DNA of 64,000 bases from Chiloscyllium plagiosum. Lineage: Eukaryota. This document shows, in pieces, positions 36,325 to 48,627 of this stretch. The position numbers were made by a program, and so were the translations under genes. The notes under the pieces were generated by a model. The model made no database searches. It was not told the DNA's origin and saw only the letters and a program-made list of their open reading frames with translations. The DNA lies in assembly GCF_004010195.1 (NCBI RefSeq), contig NC_057749.1:8185451-8249450 (forward strand), in the 5' to 3' direction. Within the stretch, counting starts at the first letter, position 1, and each line of letters begins with the position of its first letter.

Positions 36325-37505
36325 CAGCTGTTTAGAGGGCTAGTGAGGCCACACATGGAGTATCTGGTCGGCATGGACAGGTTGGACCGAAGGGTCTGTT
36401 TCCATGCTGTACATCTCTATTACTCTATGACTCTACTGTGTACAGTTTTGGTCTCCTTACTTGAGAAAGGACATACTGGTGTTGGAGGGGTGTAGAGGAG
36501 GTTCACAAGGTTGATTCCGGAGTTGAGAAGGTTGACTTATGAGGAAAGATTGAGTAATCTGTAGGAGGTAGAGAGATAGAAGCTTATAGAATAATAAGGG
36601 GGATCCATAGGGTTAATGTTAGGTGCCTTTTGGGGGTTGGGGGGGTTTCAAGACTAGGGGGTGCATTTTTAAGGTGAGAGGGGAGAGATTTTAAAAAGGC
36701 ATGAGGGGCAAGTATTTTACAGAGGGTAGTTCGTGTGTGGAATGAGCTTTGTGAGGAAGTGATGGATGTAGGTGCAGTTATAGTGTTTAAAATTTGGATA
36801 AGTACATGAGTAGGAAATGTTTGGAGGGATTTGAGCCAGGAGCAGGGATTTCATTCAGGATTATGTTCGGCATGGACTGGTTGGACCAAAGGGTCTGTTT
36901 TATAACTCTATGCTTCTATACTTATCGGAATTTAGATGAATGAGGGGAGATTCTTACAGAAACAAATAAATTAGATAGGAAAATAGGTAAGATAGAAGCA
37001 GGGAGGTTATTTCCAATGGCGGGTGAAACTAGAACTGGGGGACATAGCCTCATAATAAAGGAGAGCGGATTTCTGACTGAGTTGAGGAGGAATGTCTTCA
37101 CCCAGAGGGTTGTGAATCTGTGGAATTCCCTGCCCAGTGAAGCAATCGAGGCTACCTCATTGACTGTTTTTAAAACAAAGATAGATAGATTTTTGAACAG
37201 GAAGGAATGAAGGGTAATGGTGAGCAGGCAGGTAAGTGGAGTCCAGAGCATGGTGCTGGAAAAGCACAGCACGTCTGGCAGCAACCGAGGAACAGGAGAA
37301 AACATCAATTCTCCTGCTCCTTGGATGCTGCCTGACCTGCTGTGGTTTTCCAGCACCACTCTCCCAACTCTCATCTCCAGCATCTGCAGTCCTCGCTTTC
37401 GCCAGGTGGGTAAGTGGAGCTGAGTACACAAAATGATCCGCCATGATCTTATTGAATAGCAGGCTCAATGGGCCAGATGCCTACTCTTGCTCCTTGTTCT
37501 TATGT
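36325..37505 (+). mobile_element. Nested cluster of CR1 fragments
   Basis: LVRPHMEY..CVQFWSP, TGGHSL..RRNVFTQRVVNLWNSLP; separate 3' ends near 36433, 36918 and 37505. Confidence 0.85.
37242..37402 (+). mobile_element. Palindromic PLE derivative (family A), hammerhead centre missing
   Basis: tggtgctggaaaagcacagca / tgctgtggttttccagcacca arms; imperfect TSD cagg(ca/tg)ggtaagtggag at 37225-37241 and 37403-37419. Confidence 0.85.
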
Positions 37506-37957
37506 TTCAAATCCAGTGACTCTTCTCCCACAAAGGAGGTCAGGTATCGAAGGGTTCTATTGCAGCTTTCATTTGCCATATGACTAATATGTTTCAATAT
37601 GTTACTGATACATCTATGCAGCATAAGCAAAGTTTTTGTGTTTTGGTTATACTTTTGGATTGATAAATTTACTTGAGTCTGGTGCCTGACAGCATTTTAT
37701 TTTAGGAAGATGCTATTGTGGGAATTGTAGCTCTTGCAGCTCATAGCCTCCAGTCTGATCGATTCAGTCTTATTAACCATATTCCACATTTGGCCTTTTC
37801 AACCTTCCACGATGACGGATGTAGCGCATGCAAATGTCAAAATGCTGGAATGAATCTTAACTGTCTGAGGGCTGAGAGAGCTCATTTTCAACCTTGAGGA
37901 GACAATTAGTTCAGAAATGTACAATTCCTTTAACGGATTGGCAACTTAAGATTGTTG

Positions 37958-38620
37958 AACATAGGAGAGAGGACCAGGAGAAAGCCATTTGATCCCTCAA
38001 GCCTGTTTCACCATTTGAGAGGATCATCGCTGATCATCAAGCTCAATTCCCTAATCCCATCCTCCCCCTCGTATCCCTTAATCCCCTTAGCCACAAAAGC
38101 TATATCCATCTCCTTCTTAAAAACATAAAATGTTTTGGCCTCAACCTCATTCTATGGTAGAGAATTCCACAGGCTCACCAATCTCTGGGCGAAGATATTT
38201 CTCTTCCATCTCAGTCCTAAAATGTTTACACTTTATCCTTGTACAATGACCCCCCTGGCTTTGCTCTGTCGGGTTGTGATATTGCTGGTGTAAGGGTAGA
38301 CAGGAAAGAACTTTTCCCTTTGGTTTTCCTCTTAGAATTAAGGTGAGGGGCAGAAGGTTTAGGAGGAGATGTGAGGAAACCATTTTTCACCCTGAGGGTA
38401 GTAGGACTCTGGAACTTACTGCCTTTAAAAGTGTGGGAGGCAGAAATGCTCATAATATTTAAGGAGTATGTAACTATGCACTTGAAATGCCAAGGCCTAC
38501 AAGGCTATGGGTCAACTGCTAGAAAATGAGATTAAAGTAGTTAGATGACAGTTCTTGATCAGCACATACTCGATGGAACAAAGGGTCTTTTTCTGTTCTA
38601 TGCACCTCTTCGATTCTAAT
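37958..38620. mobile_element. Two CR1 3' fragments (37958-38250 minus, 38325-38620 plus)
   Basis: CR1 ORF2 end and 3' UTR motifs in opposite orientations. Confidence 0.75.
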
Positions 38621-38947
38621 TCTTTTTGTTTTGGTCATGCACAGGAATTGTACCAGCAATGGATTCCTGTAAGGAAAATAAACATGTATATTGTATGAAG
38701 GAAAAAGAGATTCTCCAGTGACTAACATAAGTAAATCACATGACAAGATTTAAAGCTTTTAATGTAACAAACAAATTAAAATCAACATTGAATAAACATT
38801 TCTTAGCAAGCAGCTGATATTCTAAACTATGGATCAAATATGCCTTATTAGTCTCTTAATATGATCAATAACTCACATTACACTAATACACTGTCAGCAG
38901 AATCGCGGCCTTTACAGGAATCACCCAAAGTTATTGTTAGCTTCCAA

Positions 38948-39115
38948 TGTGTAGAGGTGCCAGTGTATGACAGAAGTGGACAAAGTCAGAAGACATACAA
39001 AGGCAGGTTATAGTGCAACAGGTTTATTTGAAATCACAAGCTTTCAGAGCGCTGCTCCTTGATCGGGTGACGTGACTTGGTGAACCTGTTGCGCTATAAC
39101 CTTGTGACTTCTGAC
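38948..39115 (-). mobile_element. Palindromic PLE-type element (family B)
   Basis: Homologous to 48423-48627; TSD agcttccaa at 38939-38947 and 39116-39124; decayed hammerhead at 39035-39069. Confidence 0.8.
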
Positions 39116-39399
39116 AGCTTCCAACAAGCTCTCTTCTTTCTCCCTATGCTACTGAGTTGTAACTTATAATGTCCATTGAAGATCATTTCCCTCTGTCTTC
39201 TGAGAATGCCCTGAACAGACTTCGAGCAGTAAAGTCCCATATTAAGATCAGATTGTGCTCAAAATTTCAGCAGGTTGCCTCTTTGTCAAAAGGGCAAACT
39301 CCCAAGCATTTTTCCTTGTCGCTAATCGAGAACAATCTGTAAACATGGCCACTTGGGTTTTGCATTAGATCTTTCTCTCAGTTTTCCATAAGTTTCTTG

Positions 39400-39487
39400 T
39401 CTATGTCTCTCTGTGTGCCTCTCTCTCTCCCTCTCTCTCTCTCCCTCTCTCTCTTTCTCTCTCTCTCTCCCCCCTCTCTCTCTCTGT
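39400..39487. repeat. (CT)n-rich microsatellite
   Basis: Directly visible. Confidence 0.9.
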
Positions 39488-40754
39488 CCAGAGGCTTCGA
39501 TTCACATTACCTTGGAATTGGAACATCTATCCTTGGCAAAGACAGATATTCTGCCCCAATGCAATATATTGGCTCTTTCGGTATTGGCATTATAAAGAGG
39601 ATACCAGTAAAGGAGACATCTTAAACATGAAACCAACATGCACTTTGAGACATAATTGAGGAAAAGTCACCACTTCCCCTATCAGTTCCTTAATTCTTAT
39701 GGTTCCTCCAATCAACTCTAGTTCAAAGTCAGCGTAAAAGTGGGGCATTTTTCTGATTTGCAATGGAACAGTCAGCTCCTCATAACCTCCTGTTGAGGAA
39801 ACAGCAGTCTATTATGCCTAATGACTATCACTTTGAGATCAGAAACAAGGCTGTTACTCCCACCAACTGATCATTATAGAACAGCGCTCATTTTAAGCAC
39901 AAAATGCTATGCTCAATTTTACGGCTGTCATCTCACCATCGCCAATGTGCGTGCACACATTGTACAGTGCATGTTGGTTTTTCTGATGAGCTGTAATTAG
40001 TACATTTGCGCTCGCACGGTATCATTTTACAGGCTTCCTTGCAAATGAATTGGCCTGGGCACGCTTCCACAACATCAGCAATTCATGACTGCTATTACAA
40101 GGCATGTAACCTCCAATCCGCCTTGGGTTCCATGCTTGAGAGTGGGAGGATATGCATTGTACATGGTCACAGGCGATCAAGACAACTTTGAAAGGTGGCA
40201 GTTAGCAAGATGGCAATATGGGGAAAATAGATGGTTTGTTACTGTAACCTGTTTCATTGTCAGAAAACTTGCTCGTGCCAATCATAACTCTCCCACAGCT
40301 TGTGTGCAGTTAGATACAACAGAGCCTCTTGTATGCTCCATTTCTTTCGTGACGAGTGCCTGAGAATAGTAACTGAAGCTTAAAATTGTGATTGTGGTAG
40401 ATACTTAAATGCATTTTGAATCACTCAACCTGAATCAATCCACTTTAAAGTTCCAGACATTTCATTGAAATATCTGTTAAGATATTGCAATGCAGGTATG
40501 CTTCATATTGCAAAGAACAAATTTCTTACTGTGTCAAGTTAGAATCATTTAATCGCAGGAAGTGGAACATTTCATAAAACTATAATTTAAGTGAGAGTAG
40601 ACCACTTGGCCATTGTGACTGCTCTATGCTGTTGACTTTTAAAATGGTGAAAGCCAAACATTATAGCGGGATGACAATATCTGATTAAAAAAAGTAATTT
40701 TTTAGTAACATCATTCTTTCCACTTTGAACAAGGTTAAGTTTATTTACCTCATT

Positions 40755-41051
40755 AGACTAGATCCCCTACAGTATGGAAACAGGCTATTTAACCAAACAA
40801 GTCCACACTGACCCTCCAAAGAGTAACCGACCCAGACCCATTCCCCTACATTTACCCCTGACTAATGCTATGGCAATTTAGTATGGCCTATTCACCTGAC
40901 CTGTGCATCTTTGGATTGTGGGAGGAAACCCACACAAACACGGGGAGAATGTACAATCTCCACACAGACAGTCATCCGAGGCAGGAATTGAACCCAGGTT
41001 CCCTGGTGCTGTGAAACAGCTGTGCTAACCACTGAGCCACCGTGCTGCCCA
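40755..41051 (-). mobile_element. HE1-like SINE
   Basis: Complete on the minus strand. Confidence 0.88.
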
Positions 41052-41099
41052 TTGGGTCATGCTTGACCACTACCTTTTATATTTTGTTGATTTTTTAAA

Positions 41100-41436
41100 A
41101 ATTATTTGCGAGATGAAGGCATCACTGACTAGTTCAGCATTTATTACCCAGAGGGCAATTAAGATTCAACCACATTGCTATGGGTCTGGAGTCACATGTA
41201 GGCCAGACCAGGTAAGGACAGAAGTTTCCTTCCTTAAATGATGTTAGTGATCCAGATGGGTTGTTCCAACACTTGGAAACAGTTTCACAGTCTTCATTAG
41301 ACTCCTATTTCCAGATTTTTATTGAAATCAAATTCCACCATCTATCGTGACAGGATTTAAACCCAGATCCCTAGAACATCACCTGTGTCTCTAGATGAAC
41401 AGCTCAGAGATAATACCATGAGGCAATTACCTCCCC
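41100..41436 (-). mobile_element. SINE-B
   Basis: Reverse complement is collinear with 42760-43100. Confidence 0.78.
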
Positions 41437-41569
41437 TTAAGTACTACAAATAAATCTTTTGGGTTTTTAAAAAAACAAAACATCGGGCTAAAAATTCTTA
41501 ACAGAAATTGGCTGAGTATTGCTTTTACCAAGTTTCATAAAGTGTGATCCCTTCATGATGCCTAATAGT

Positions 41570-41852
41570 GGCGGCATGGTGGCACAGTGGTTAGCACTGC
41601 TGCCTCGCAGTGCTAGGGACCCGGGTTCAATTTCAGCCTTGGGCGACTGTCTGCATTGAGTTGGCACATTCTCCCTGTGTCTGTGTGGGTTTCTTCTGGA
41701 TGCTCTGGTTTCCTCCCACAATCCAAAGATGTGCAGGTGAATTGGCTATGCTAAATTTGTAGGGGAATGGGTCTGGGTGGGTTACTCTTCAGAGGGTCGG
41801 TGTGGACCTGTTTGGCCGAAGGGCCTGTTTCCGCATTGTAGGGAATCTAATC
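41570..41852 (+). mobile_element. HE1-like SINE
   Basis: ggcggcatggtggcacagtggttagcactgctgcctcgcag head; CR1-type tail. Confidence 0.9.
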
Positions 41853-42124
41853 ATGTTTTCTCATCCTATATTCCTGAACTCACCTCCTTCACAAGGCATC
41901 ACATCCTGACCGTGTCCCTCTCATTGTATTCACCCATTTGCCACAGGCAGACATGCTGGCAGCACCTCCCAGGATCTCTGGCACCAGAGCCATCTTTAAT
42001 ACCCTTCTATGCATCTGGTCAAGCCAAGGCAGCTGCCCTGTGCATCTTGTTATAATTGCCCCAGATAAGTCGGATAGAAGGATATAAAGCCCTACTTTGC
42101 CAACAAGGTGTTAGTTGTCTGACT

Positions 42125-42440
42125 GGGGTGATGCAGTGGCTCAGTGGCTAGCACTGCTGTTTCACAGGGCCAGGGACCTGAGTTTGATTCCACCCTCAGG
42201 TGACTGCGTGGAGTTTCTACATTCTCCCCATGTCCGTACATTTTCCGCTCTGGTTTCCTCCTACAGTCCAAAAATGTGCAGGTTAGGGGGAATTGGCCAT
42301 CCTAAATTGTCTGTAGTGTCCAGGGATGTGCAGGTTAGGGTGGATTAGCCACAGGAAATGGGGTGGGTCTGTGTAGGATGCTTTTTCGGAGGGTCATATG
42401 GGCTGAATGGCTCGCTTCCCACACTGTAGGGATTCAGTGA
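42125..42440 (+). mobile_element. HE1-like SINE
   Basis: Head, body and tail present. Confidence 0.85.
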
Positions 42441-42759
42441 CTGAAGGGAGGGTCGGATACATTTGTTGCCCATGGAGCATACCCTGAGATGTTGGTGATG
42501 GATGGAAGTTCAGAGAAGCTGAGCAGAGAGCTGGAGTCACCAGGTCATTGCTCAGGTTTCCATGCTGGGAACAATTGTCGTGTCTTAACTGCTGATTGGG
42601 AGAATGGGAGCCTGTGTGTCAATAATGGGAAGTGGCGAAATAATAAGGATGCATGTAAATAGGCCTCTTATCGTTCACTCGTGAAAATCTCACGTTACTG
42701 TTCAACAGAAAAATTGAGCTTCTTCCCTCACAACAGCTCCTCGCTGCCTACAGTGGAAA

Positions 42760-43100
42760 GGCAATGGCTTAGAAGTGTTATCGCTAGACTATTAATCCTG
42801 ATATTCAGCCAATGTTCCAGCTTCAAATCCCACCAGAGCACATGGTAGGATTTGAATTCAGAAAGAATCTGGAATTAAGACTCTAATGATAATCATGCAA
42901 CCTTTGCCAGTTGTTAGAAAAACCCATCTGATTCTTTAATGACATTCAGTGAAGGAAATCTGTCAACCTTACCTCGTCTGGCCTACATATGATTCCAGAC
43001 CCACAGCAGTGTGGTTAACTCTTAACTGTCCTCTTGGCAATTAGAGATGGGCAATAAATGCTGGTCACGCCAGAGGTACCCATATCCTGTGAGTGAATTT
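42760..43100 (+). mobile_element. SINE-B, full length
   Basis: tRNA-like head, aaaaacccatctg body, ggcaattagagatgggcaataaatgctgg tail shared with LINE-B. Confidence 0.8.
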
Positions 43101-44277
43101 TTAAGAATTGACACAATTCTCATAACTTTAGCATCAATGCTCACATCGTACAAGAGCGGGGAAAACTCTACACGCTGAGTTTATTCTGATAAGTGCTGGA
43201 AATTAGAAATAAGAACAAGAAATGCTGAAAATTCTCAGCAGAGGTTCACTTCTGAAGAGGAGTCACATTGGACTCAAGAATGTTAACTCTGTTTCCATCT
43301 CCACAGACCCTGCCAGATATTTCTCCAGTGGTTGCTGTTCTCGTAACCAGGTCTATTGATCTTTCTGGTTGGGTCTGAACTTCTTTAAACATTCTCTCAA
43401 GCTCCAGCCTCAATGAATGAATCATGATCACCCCCATTTCTGCTATTTCAGGATCAATCTTCACATCGGGGTCCCCTTTCTGACCTTTCCTCTACTCCAC
43501 AGGCAAAACAAAAATCTCATCAGTTTAACATTGTTTAAGTAGGCCATAGGGAAACACTCTGGCACCAAGACAATTACGCTCCTAACAGGTTGCTTTGATT
43601 GATAAAATTCAGGGTTGCAAATAAACCAGAACATCACGCAACTGAAGTTTTTAAGAGAATGGTTGTTAATTCTTTGCACTCCATGTACTATTGCAGGCCT
43701 TATTTTTAACAAGAAATAAAACGTAGCTTTCCGTAAAACATATTAAAACCCAGGATTAAAGAAGCAATGAAAATGGATCTATAACACTCACATTTTAATG
43801 ATCTTCATATGACAATTTGGACTGGGCTTAGATTCCCAGGAAATAAAGAGCTTTCCATTTGGGTTATTCACTGTCAGCATTATTGCCAATCAATGCTAGT
43901 GCGACTAATTGGATCCCAATAAAGAACTTCAGCCTAATTTTATCATTGCAAATAGTCAGCTGTTGGAAGCATATTATTTTTATCTTAGAAACATTTCTTT
44001 GTAACTGTATTTCTGTGGCTTTTGTAGTCGTCAAGGGATTTTAGCATTTAGATGGAGAATGCTTTTCATATTCTGCATCCATTTTAGACTCGTGGCAGAA
44101 GAATGCCATTCAGCCCCTCAAGCCTACTTAGCCATTCTAAATCATGATACCATATTCCTGTTATTTTCCCCATATCCCTTGATGTCTTTAGTAGCCAAAA
44201 ATCTAGTGATCTCTCTCTTCCTGGGGTAAAGATTTCCAAGCATTCATAACCCTGTGAGTGAAAAGCTTCCTCCTTAT

Positions 44278-45239
44278 TGTTATGGACCAGGCCAGATCCC
44301 CTCAAAACACTTCAGGAAAGTAACCCAGACCCTAACTTAGCTAGTTGTTTTAAGAGGATGAAATGTGGATACTCCAGGAGAGATGCCACTGGTAAAACCA
44401 CTTAGTTTTAAACAAAACAGAATTTATTTACAAGATTACCGAATGAAACGCAAACAAAAGAGAACAGTATACCGAATAACTTAACCTTTCTGCAAGCCAG
44501 CAGATCGTCCCAACTTAATGATGCTGTTCCAAATAATTGCAACAATCCCTATAAACACCCCTTGGCACAAAAGGTAAAATCAAACCCAAGGTCTTACAGA
44601 AGAGATGTCAGAGAGAGAGGACCTGCTTCTTTGGGTCCAGCTGCTCCACCGCTACCTGACTGTTTTCAGTGAATAGCCAGACTAAACTCAAGACTTAAGG
44701 GCACGGCACGGTGGCACAGTGGTTAGCACTGCTGCCTCACAGCGCCAGAGATCCGGGTTCAGTTCCCGCCTCCGGCGACTGACTGTGTGGAGTTTGCATG
44801 TTCTCCCCGTGCCGGCGTGGGTTTCCTCCAGGTGCTCCGGTTTCCTCCCACAGCCCAAAGATGTGCAGGTCAGGTGAATTGGCCATGCTAAATTGTCCGT
44901 AGTGTTAGGTAAGGGGTAAATGTAGGGGTATGGGTGGGTTGCGCTTCGGCGGGTCGGTGTGGACTTGTTGGGCCGAAGGGCCTGTTTCCACACTGTAATC
45001 TAATCTAATCTAATCTAAAAACTAGAGAAAAGCTGAGCTGGGAGAACCAGCCACTCCCCTTTCGTTGTCCAAGTGTTCTTTTAAAAAAACTTGGAAGTCT
45101 GTTGCCTGAGGCAGCATCTGTTAGCTATAATCAAACTGGCCCTTCAACTTAGACTTTTCCGAGTCTGTGTTCTTTACCATCTCTCTGAGAAAAAAAGCCA
45201 AAGACAGCATAACCTTGTTAAAGGAACATCATCATCACA
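44278..45239 (-). mobile_element. Solo LTR (TG...CA, 4-bp TSD) containing an HE1-like SINE
   Basis: Starts TGT and ends ACA; TSD ttat at 44274-44277 and 45240-45243; minus-strand AATAAA near 44425. Confidence 0.8.
44698..45017 (+). mobile_element. Young HE1-like SINE
   Basis: Many CpGs retained; A and B boxes; (taatc)n tail. Confidence 0.92.
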
Positions 45240-45824
45240 TTATCTCAGTGCTAAACAGCCTGCCCTTATTCTGAGACTGTGTTCCCTTATTCAAGACATC
45301 CCAACCAGGGAGAACCACCTATCCATTGGCCTTTTGTTGTACCCTCTAAATACTTTGAACATTGCTAAGAGACCACCTCTCATTTTTCTAAACTGTGGAA
45401 TATACAGGCCCAATCACCTCTATCCCTCATATAGGACGGTGCCATCATGCCAGAAATCAGTCTGGAGAGTCTTTGCTACATTCTCATTGTGGCAAGTTTA
45501 TCCTTCCTTAGGCAAGAGATGCAAAACTATGTGCTACACTCTAAGTGTCATCTCATTTAGGCCTCATTAGGGTCCTGTACAAATAAAGCAAGACTCCAGT
45601 ACTCAAATCCCTTTGCAATAAAGGCTAACACACAATTTGCCTTCATACCCACTTGCTGCAACTGCATCTTACCTTCCAATGATTAATGGACAAGGACATA
45701 TAGATCCCTCATACTTGTTTTCATTGTATTCCATCTGCTTTCTTGCCCACTGAGTCGGCCTGTCCAAATCTCTTTCATGCCTCTTTGCATCCTCCTCACT
45801 TCCAACCTCTTTTAACTTTATTTT

Positions 45825-46355
45825 TGGCATTCACCTGTGGGATGTAGGCATCGCCGATTGGGCCAGCATTTTATTGCCCGTCCTTAGTTGCTCCTTGAGA
45901 AGGTGGTGGCGAGCTGCCTTCTTGATTCAGCGCAGTCCATGTGCTGGAGGTTGACGCATAATGCCATTAGGGAAGGAGCTCCACGATTTTGACCCAGCGA
46001 CACTGAAGGTGGTGTTTGGCTTAAGGAGGAAATTGCAGGGGATGGTGTTCCCATGTATCTGCTGCCCTTGTTCTTCAAGATGGAAGTGGTCATTAGTTTG
46101 GAAGATGCTGTGCAAAGAACCTTGGTGAATGTCTGCAGTGCATCTCGAAGATGATACACACTGCTGCTACTAAGTGTTGATGGTGGAGGAGTGGATGCTT
46201 GTGGGTGTGGTGCCAATCAAGTGGGCTGCTTTGTCCTGGATGGTGTCAAGCTTCTCGAGTGTTGTTGTTGGAGCTGCACTCATCCAGACAAGTGGGGTGT
46301 ATTCCATCACACTCCTGATTTGAGTTTTGCAAATGGCTTTGGGGAGTCAAGAGGA
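45825..46355 (-). mobile_element. LINE-B 3' fragment
   Basis: Collinear with 5890-6430. Confidence 0.85.
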
Positions 46356-46957
46356 TTAATCATCTCCTAGTTCATTAGGAGATGCTGTCACAGCATTTCC
46401 CCGAACAATATGCCTCAGTAGGGCACTGGGCAAATGTATCAAAATAGGGGAGAATTTCCCAGAGCCATCATCAACAGCATTATCAAATTCTCAGCAAGCT
46501 GGGCTGAATGATGACAATCTCCTCTCACACCTGTAGACAGTAAGAACTGGATTCTTTGATCTAGCGTGGATGTAAAACTTAATCCCAGAGTGAATGTTCA
46601 GTGTCTAAATTATAGTGCCACCCAGTTCTCCTAAGACATTGGCTAACATTGATTTTATGCATGGTGTAATGGAGCAAGACCATACAAACGTGCACTTTGA
46701 ATAACATGACAAACACAGCATTAGTATTGATGTTTTGTTTTGTCTAACAGACACCTTTTTAATGCTATTCCTTGTGCTCCCTGATGACTCATTTAGTAGA
46801 TGAAGTGAACAGTGCAGAGCTGATGAGTGCAAACTACAAAGGTCCTAGGTTTAATCTCTCATCTATGCTGAACCAACAGCTCAACTATTAACAAAAAGGA
46901 TAGAGAGACAGCGATGGCTCTATTGAGTAGTGAAGGGGGAGGTTCATGCAGGCTACA

Positions 46958-47281
46958 TGGGGTGGCATAGTGACTCAGTGCTTAGCACTGCTGCCTCACA
47001 GCACCAGGGCCCTGCATTCAATTTCAGCACTGGGCAACTGTCTGGGTGGTGTTATCACACTCGCCCTGTATCTATGTCTGTTTCCTCTAGGTGTTTTGGA
47101 TTCCTCTTACAGTCTAGAGATGTGTAGGTTAGATGGATTGGCCATGGTAAGTTGTCCCATAGAATCCAAGGATGTGTCGGTTATGTAGACTATGGGAAAG
47201 GTAGATAGGGTGCTCTCTGAATGGTCGGTGTGAACATGATGTGCTGAATTATTTGCTTCCACACTGTAGGGATTCTATGAT
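46958..47281 (+). mobile_element. HE1-like SINE
   Basis: Diverged head, body and tail. Confidence 0.8.
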
Positions 47282-48044
47282 TACAAGCAACCAGATTCTG
47301 CTGGAAAATAGTGTTATATCCTCTCTGCACTCAACTAACATGTTGACCCACATATGAAGGTTGGGCAGTTGAGTGAGGAAGAGGTGACAGGGATTGAAAA
47401 GGAGATGAACCTTTCTGCTTCCATTGCTGCGAGGTGAAATTATAGATATGCAAAGTAAAGTGTACTGGGTTTCCACACAGGTACCTGTTTTGCACGCAAA
47501 CCAATCAGATCATCATGGGGTAGTGCAAAACAAAAGATAAGGTTCTGCTTTCCAAGGAATGCATTGAGAGGGTGCCAAATGCAGGCACGGATTTATGTAT
47601 TTGCCAACTCTGAATACTACGGCATTAGGCCAGGACTCCAAACCAGAGGATCATCAATGCAAACTACCATCCCACATCAATGGGAGTTGAACCATCCCAT
47701 CAATCAATAGTTGACCCATATCAACACCTACAGTTTTCAGTCACTGTCATACAGAGCTTTCAAAATATCCAAACATTGGTAAATAAAATCTGAGTTTTCA
47801 ATTTCTTCTGGAGTACGTATCCTGAGATATTTGGTTGGAGAAGGGAGGTATCAGCAGACCAGCTCTGATTTTTCTTGTTACAGCTTGAAAGTCTTTCCCT
47901 CCAGCGTCCCTCACTGAGACACGACAAAGCAGCACTATGTTTGATAAGGTTTCCTCTGCTTTAGGAAATTGAACAGCAAAGGAGCAGCATAAAAACAGAA
48001 AGCTTCTTAACAAAATAATTGATAAATAAATCAGCTCGTCCTGT

Positions 48045-48268
48045 GGAATTCTCATGAGTGCTCCGCCACAGAAAGCAATTGAGGCCAAAACTTTGAACAT
48101 TTTCAAAATGGGTTGTTGGATAGAGTTGTAAGGATGGAAGGATCTAAGGGTATAATGAGAAAGCAGAAACAGGGGACTGAATTAGATGACCAGCCATGAT
48201 CATGTTGAATGGGGTAGCAGCCCCAAAGGGCTGAATGGCCTACTCCTGCCCATATATTCCATGATTCT
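48045..48268 (+). mobile_element. CR1 3' end
   Basis: ctgtggaattc ... gggctgaatggcctactcctg. Confidence 0.75.
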
Positions 48269-48422
48269 GTCCTTAACCTCATAGCTGGACTCTATTGATC
48301 TGTCCTTGTCTGTTCAGAGTGCCATTTCTCTTGCAGCTTTCTCAACCGTGGAATAATGTCCATCTGCTCCTTCATCTCCATGAGCAATCTGCAAAATGTC
48401 ACCAGGCTAGTTTGAATTGACA

Positions 48423-48627
48423 CAGTCAGAAGTCACATGACACCAGGTTATAGTCCAACAGGTTTACTTGGAATGACAAGCTTTTAGAGCGCTGCTCTTT
48501 CCTTCACCTGACGAAGGAATCGCGTTCTGGAAGCTTATGATTTCAAATAAACTTGTTGGACTATAACCTGGTGTCATGTGACTTCTGACTTTGTCCACCC
48601 CAGTCCAACACAGGCACCTCCATATCA
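48423..48627 (+). mobile_element. Palindromic PLE-type element (family B) with a hammerhead-like centre
   Basis: Perfect 37-bp inverted arms (agtcagaagtcacatgacaccaggttatagtccaaca), 37-nt one-sided tail, TSD ttgaattgaca at 48412-48422 and 48628-48638. Confidence 0.88.

Larger units (their letters stand above)
44085..45800 (-). mobile_element. CR1 fragment hosting a solo LTR
   Basis: CR1 sequence is continuous across the insertion (aagcttcctccttat / ttatctcagtgctaaa). Confidence 0.8.

Noticed and set aside
41570..41645. tRNA genes at SINE heads (also 44698, 49620, 26628)
   Set aside because: The A/B boxes continue into SINE bodies, and no complete cloverleaf is evident.
47798..48106. Minus-strand ORF as a host exon
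   Set aside because: Two frames are open but there is no convincing donor, part of it overlaps CR1, and I recognise no homology.
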